DNA from: an uncultured bacterium
Lineage (GTDB): Bacteria > B130-G9
Reading direction: 5' to 3'
DNA: 40,155 nt
Assembly (NCBI GenBank): GCA_965372715.1
Contig: CBDVDH010000036.1
Coordinates: 1-40,155, forward strand
Shown: positions 36,732-40,155 of the stretch, one piece after another
Layout: each line of letters starts with the position of its first letter
Numbering within the stretch: position 1 is the stretch's first letter
Made by a program: the position numbers and the translations under genes
Notes under the pieces: model-generated
What the model was told of the DNA's origin: nothing
What the model saw: only the letters and a program-made list of their open reading frames with translations
Databases searched by the model: none

Positions 36732-39700
36732 CTAATCCGAGCCGGGAAGCGCTTTGAGTGCGGCGCGCACCTGGCGGACGACCTCCTCATCGTCCGGATA
36801 GTCTCTTAGGACAGCGTTGAAGACTTTTCGGGCCTCGCCGGGTCGCTCCAGCTTCAGCAGGCTTTTCCCCGCCTGAAGAAGTGACTTCGCCGCCCAAGGC
36901 GAGGAGGGATAGAGATACCTCACGCGCATGAGGGCAGACGAGGCCTCTTTGAAGTTCCCCTCAGCGAACAATGAATGGCCAAAAAGATAGGAAGCGTAAG
37001 CCTTTTGGCCCGGCGGCGGCCCCATCTTTTCGGCCAGGTCGAGTTTGGCTCTCGCATCGGCAAATCGCTCGCGTTCGATCATAATCTCTCCTGAGAGAAT
37101 CAGTGCGCTGGCGGCCACTGTTGTCCCACTGAAGCGAGAGACGACCTCATCACACAGATCAAGCGATCTCTTGTGGTCCCGCTTTCTGACTAACTCCGCG
37201 TGCTTCAACAGTGCAACGCCTGCGATATCCGCATCGTCGGGATGTTCTTCTGCGAGCTTTGAGTATGCCTCGATCGCTTTCTTGGTCTGCTTAAGCGCCG
37301 CATAAAGATGCGCCTTGCGGAGTTTTGCCATCCAAAGGAACCTGTTGTCCTTGAATCGAACAACCAGCTGATCATACTCGCTTATGGCCCCCTTCTTGTC
37401 GCCGGTTAGCTCCATTATCTGGCCGATGCGGTAGAGTATCTTGGCCAGTTCTTCCTCCTTCGCCGCAGCCTGCTCGAGGCTGTAGAACGCCTGATTGTAT
37501 TGCCGGATGGCGCCGAAGTACTGCCTTCGTTCCGCCATTTCCTCCGCGAGAAGCGCACGAAGCGTGCCGGCCATCCGCTGGTCCTCGAACCTACTTATGA
37601 ATTCCTCAATTCGCGTTTCGAGCTCCGACAGCATCCCCTGACGCTGATAGCAGAGAACCAGCCCGTAAAGGGCCGATTTCTTGTCCGCTGGCTCAGCATC
37701 CGCGCCTAACGTTTTGCCGTAATAGGTCGCCGCGCTCTCGTAGTGGCCCATGTTGTAGAAGGAATTGGCTATGCCAAGCAAAGCCTTCGGTCCGAGCGAG
37801 CTGTCAGGAAAGGCCGAGAGAAGCCCCTCGAACGCCTCGATCGATTCGTCGAACTCGTTGTCCTCAAAATACGCTGAGGCGATGGCGTATTGGGCGTCGT
37901 CGAGATAGTCGCAATGCGGAAACTGCTCGGGAAGCGACGCGAGATGCTCTAGCGCCTTTTTCTTTTGCCCAAGCCTCAACAGGCACTTGCTCTCAACGAA
38001 TGCGGCGCCGCATAGAATAGGCTCAACATCCGTCAACTTTGCCGCGCTTTGGGAATACTCGACGCCCGATTGGTATCGTCCGAGGTAATAGGCGCACTGC
38101 GCCATTCGAAGCCACGACAGGGCGCGATCGTCATTGGGTCTGTTGCTCTCTGCCACAACTTGAAAATGTTCAAGCGCCCTCTCCCAATGCTCTTGGAGGA
38201 AGCTGGCGAAACCCAGACCAAGCTGCGCGTCCAGTAGCAGGTCCACGCTCGCGCCGGACGCGTCTGCAAGTTCCTGGAAACTCTCTTGGGCCAGCTTAGC
38301 CTGCCCGAGCTTGAGGCGGGCCTGACCAGCCCAAAAAAGCGCCTCAAACCTGATGCTCGCTGGCGGCCCGAGCGTTAGCGCCTTGTCAAAAAATGACGAA
38401 GCGGCTTCGTATTGACCGCTGACGAAATTGCTCCAGCCCTGCCCGAGGCAGGCCGCAGCCTTGACGTCATCATCCTGCGTTCCATCATAAGCGTCTCTGA
38501 AATGCCGCAGCGCCTCGCCTGCCCGATCTTTCAAGGCAAACACAAGGCCCAAGTGATAGCTGACGCGAGACAGCAGGTCCGCATCCGGGCTGCAAGTCTG
38601 CTCCGCCTGAATCAAAGCATCTCTGGCCACGTCGAGCTGACCCATCACGAGCCGCACGGAGCCAAGATTCAGAAGCGCCGGACAGTAATAGGCTGTGTCC
38701 CGGTAACGCACCGCCACGTCCTCGAAGGCCTCTTGAGCGCGGTTCAACAAGCCCGCGTCGCGATGTATCTGGCCGCTCGCGAAAATCGCTGGCGCCGCGA
38801 CCTCGCTTTCGGGAAACGCGTCAGAGACCTTTCTGAAAAGCTCTGCCGCTTCCTTGCCTCGATTGAGGCTTTGGAGCACAGACGCCCAAAGATAAAGGAG
38901 GCGGGGCTGTATCTCGGCGCCCTCGAAGCTCTTGGCGCTGGCTATGCAGAGATTAAGAACCTGGCGGTATTCGCCCGCCCAGAAGAGCGACTCGAGGCGC
39001 CAAAATGTGTATTCATTCCGCAAACTGATGTCAGACGCTAAGTCAGCCAAGAACTTGAAGTCCTCGGCGGCCGCGGTGAACTCACCGACCTTGAATCGAA
39101 GCGCGGCGCGGGCGTGCCTCGCATCGACTGCCCTCGCCGAGTCGGGATAGTCTCGCTGAAGCTCAGAGAGCGCCTCAACGCAGCCGGGGACGTCCTGCAT
39201 ATTGTAGCGGACATAAGCGAGATTCCCCAGCGCATCGCGCCGCGTCGCGCCGTTCGGAAAGCGGGCTACAAGGTCCTTGAAAAACTCGGAAGCAGGCTCG
39301 TATCTATTCTGAACCAACGCGATCTGTGCTCTGAAAAAGAGCGCCTCGGGCGCATATTCCGACTGCGGGTATTTCTCTAGCAAACGCTTCAGCCTGAGAT
39401 CGCTTTCCGAGAATCGCCCCTTGCCGTACAGTGCAAGACCGTAGCGAAAGAGCGACCTCTGTTTCGCAAACACCCTGGAGACCGAGGCGCCGAGCGCCGA
39501 CCCAAACAGACACCCTCCCGATTCTGGGACCAAAAGGGACGGTCGAAGGGATACCGATGGGAACGTTCTCAGCCTGTGGACGTTGGGCAAGAGGGTTGCG
39601 CCGACTTCCGCAAGCCGCAGCTCTTCCCGAACTACGGGCGGCTGCTGTGGCATGATCAGGTATTTGGCCTGGCCAGTGATCGTAATGGTCGGGAGCTCAA

Positions 39701-39854
39701 TGCCTTCATCCGGGCGTCTTGCCTGACCCCAGACCGAGATGGAAAGAGCTACCAGCCAGAAAACGAAAACAAGACAAGCGATTCGCTGACTTGCCCTCAA
39801 TCTGAATGAAATCACGATACGCGCCCCTGTCATTTGCTCCTTTTTCAGTGCCAA
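36732..39854 (-). CDS. Large secreted tetratricopeptide-repeat protein (BamD/CpoB-type repeats)
   Basis: Many repeats of type L..KYP.S.YA..AL...A, FPDS...PKAL..IA..FY..G.Y; hydrophobic signal segment near the N-terminus; start TTG 39854 or ATG 39833. Confidence 0.85.
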   Translation of the reverse strand: MALKKEQMTGARIVISFRLRASQRIACLVFVFWLVALSISVWGQARRPDEGIELPTITITGQAKYLIMPQQPPVVREELRLAEVGATLLPNVHRLRTFPSVSLRPSLLVPESGGCLFGSALGASVSRVFAKQRSLFRYGLALYGKGRFSESDLRLKRLLEKYPQSEYAPEALFFRAQIALVQNRYEPASEFFKDLVARFPNGATRRDALGNLAYVRYNMQDVPGCVEALSELQRDYPDSARAVDARHARAALRFKVGEFTAAAEDFKFLADLASDISLRNEYTFWRLESLFWAGEYRQVLNLCIASAKSFEGAEIQPRLLYLWASVLQSLNRGKEAAELFRKVSDAFPESEVAAPAIFASGQIHRDAGLLNRAQEAFEDVAVRYRDTAYYCPALLNLGSVRLVMGQLDVARDALIQAEQTCSPDADLLSRVSYHLGLVFALKDRAGEALRHFRDAYDGTQDDDVKAAACLGQGWSNFVSGQYEAASSFFDKALTLGPPASIRFEALFWAGQARLKLGQAKLAQESFQELADASGASVDLLLDAQLGLGFASFLQEHWERALEHFQVVAESNRPNDDRALSWLRMAQCAYYLGRYQSGVEYSQSAAKLTDVEPILCGAAFVESKCLLRLGQKKKALEHLASLPEQFPHCDYLDDAQYAIASAYFEDNEFDESIEAFEGLLSAFPDSSLGPKALLGIANSFYNMGHYESAATYYGKTLGADAEPADKKSALYGLVLCYQRQGMLSELETRIEEFISRFEDQRMAGTLRALLAEEMAERRQYFGAIRQYNQAFYSLEQAAAKEEELAKILYRIGQIMELTGDKKGAISEYDQLVVRFKDNRFLWMAKLRKAHLYAALKQTKKAIEAYSKLAEEHPDDADIAGVALLKHAELVRKRDHKRSLDLCDEVVSRFSGTTVAASALILSGEIMIERERFADARAKLDLAEKMGPPPGQKAYASYLFGHSLFAEGNFKEASSALMRVRYLYPSSPWAAKSLLQAGKSLLKLERPGEARKVFNAVLRDYPDDEEVVRQVRAALKALPGSD

Positions 39855-39974
39855 GAGGATATGCCACGAAGGGGAGCTTCCGCAACTCGGAAACCAAAGA
39901 ACAGGAAAGGGAGGAGAGAATCAGCGCCGACCGATTCTCCGCAGAAAAGCGCTGTAGAATAACAAGGAGAGGCC

Positions 39975-40070
39975 GTAGGGGCGGTGTCTCAGACCCGCCC
40001 GCCTACATGAATCCCCTCGGGTACGAGGCATCTTATACGACCATCAATTCGAAAGGACGGGTCTGAGACC
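39975..40070. repeat. Inverted GTAG REP pair, second copy interrupted
   Basis: GTAGGGGCGGTGTCTCAGACCCGCCCGCC (39975-40003; 27/29 to the reverse complement of 34987-35015) and GGACGGGTCTGAGACC (40055-40070) lacking the expected ACGCCCCTAC tail. Confidence 0.8.
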
Positions 40071-40155
40071 TGACAATTATACGCATATTCCAAGGTTAAC
40101 AGGCCTGTTTATTGGATTCTATGAATCGCACTCTTCGAGGGGGAATAACGGCGGT
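40071..40155. mobile_element. Putative left end of a REP-inserted element (truncated by window edge)
   Basis: TGACAATTATACGCATATT begins exactly after GGTCTGAGACC and is the inverted counterpart (18/19) of 96-114. Confidence 0.5.

Noticed and set aside
1-40155. tRNA/rRNA genes, prophage genes, transposase or integrase
   Set aside because: None recognised by eye in intergenic regions or ORFs; a tRNAscan/Infernal run would be needed to exclude small RNAs formally.

Overview
Bacterial chromosomal window (diderm, by TonB/ExbBD and outer-membrane receptor content; taxon not determinable here) in four blocks. (1) 236-12122: an isolated NeuB/PseI-family synthase, then a minus-strand run rdgB - lipoprotein - GT4 glycosyltransferase - dam-type MTase - Type IIG-like restriction/modification fusion - uvrA - DUF5678-like protein - retropepsin-fold protein whose catalytic Asp is replaced by Gly. 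(2) 12427-16795: glycine cleavage operon gcvT-gcvH-gcvPA-gcvPB. (3) 16965-21189: small accessory islet with a membrane protein, a HEPN gene apparently split in two by an intact PIN-domain gene, the cognate minimal nucleotidyltransferase, and a stand-alone N6-MTase/TRD fusion. (4) 21390-39854: an ~18 kb co-oriented envelope cluster: two TPR proteins, three ExbB/TolQ paralogues, two ExbD, TonB, a TonB-dependent receptor, a secreted M1-family metallopeptidase, a GWxTD lipoprotein, a GWxTD-less paralogue and an orphan ABC ATPase. This is the best candidate for an uncharacterised system. Intergenic regions carry GTAG-type REP palindromes, a 26-bp inverted-repeat element, and at both window ends the termini of what looks like an element inserted into the REP core. 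All family calls come from motif reading by eye; no database search was run.
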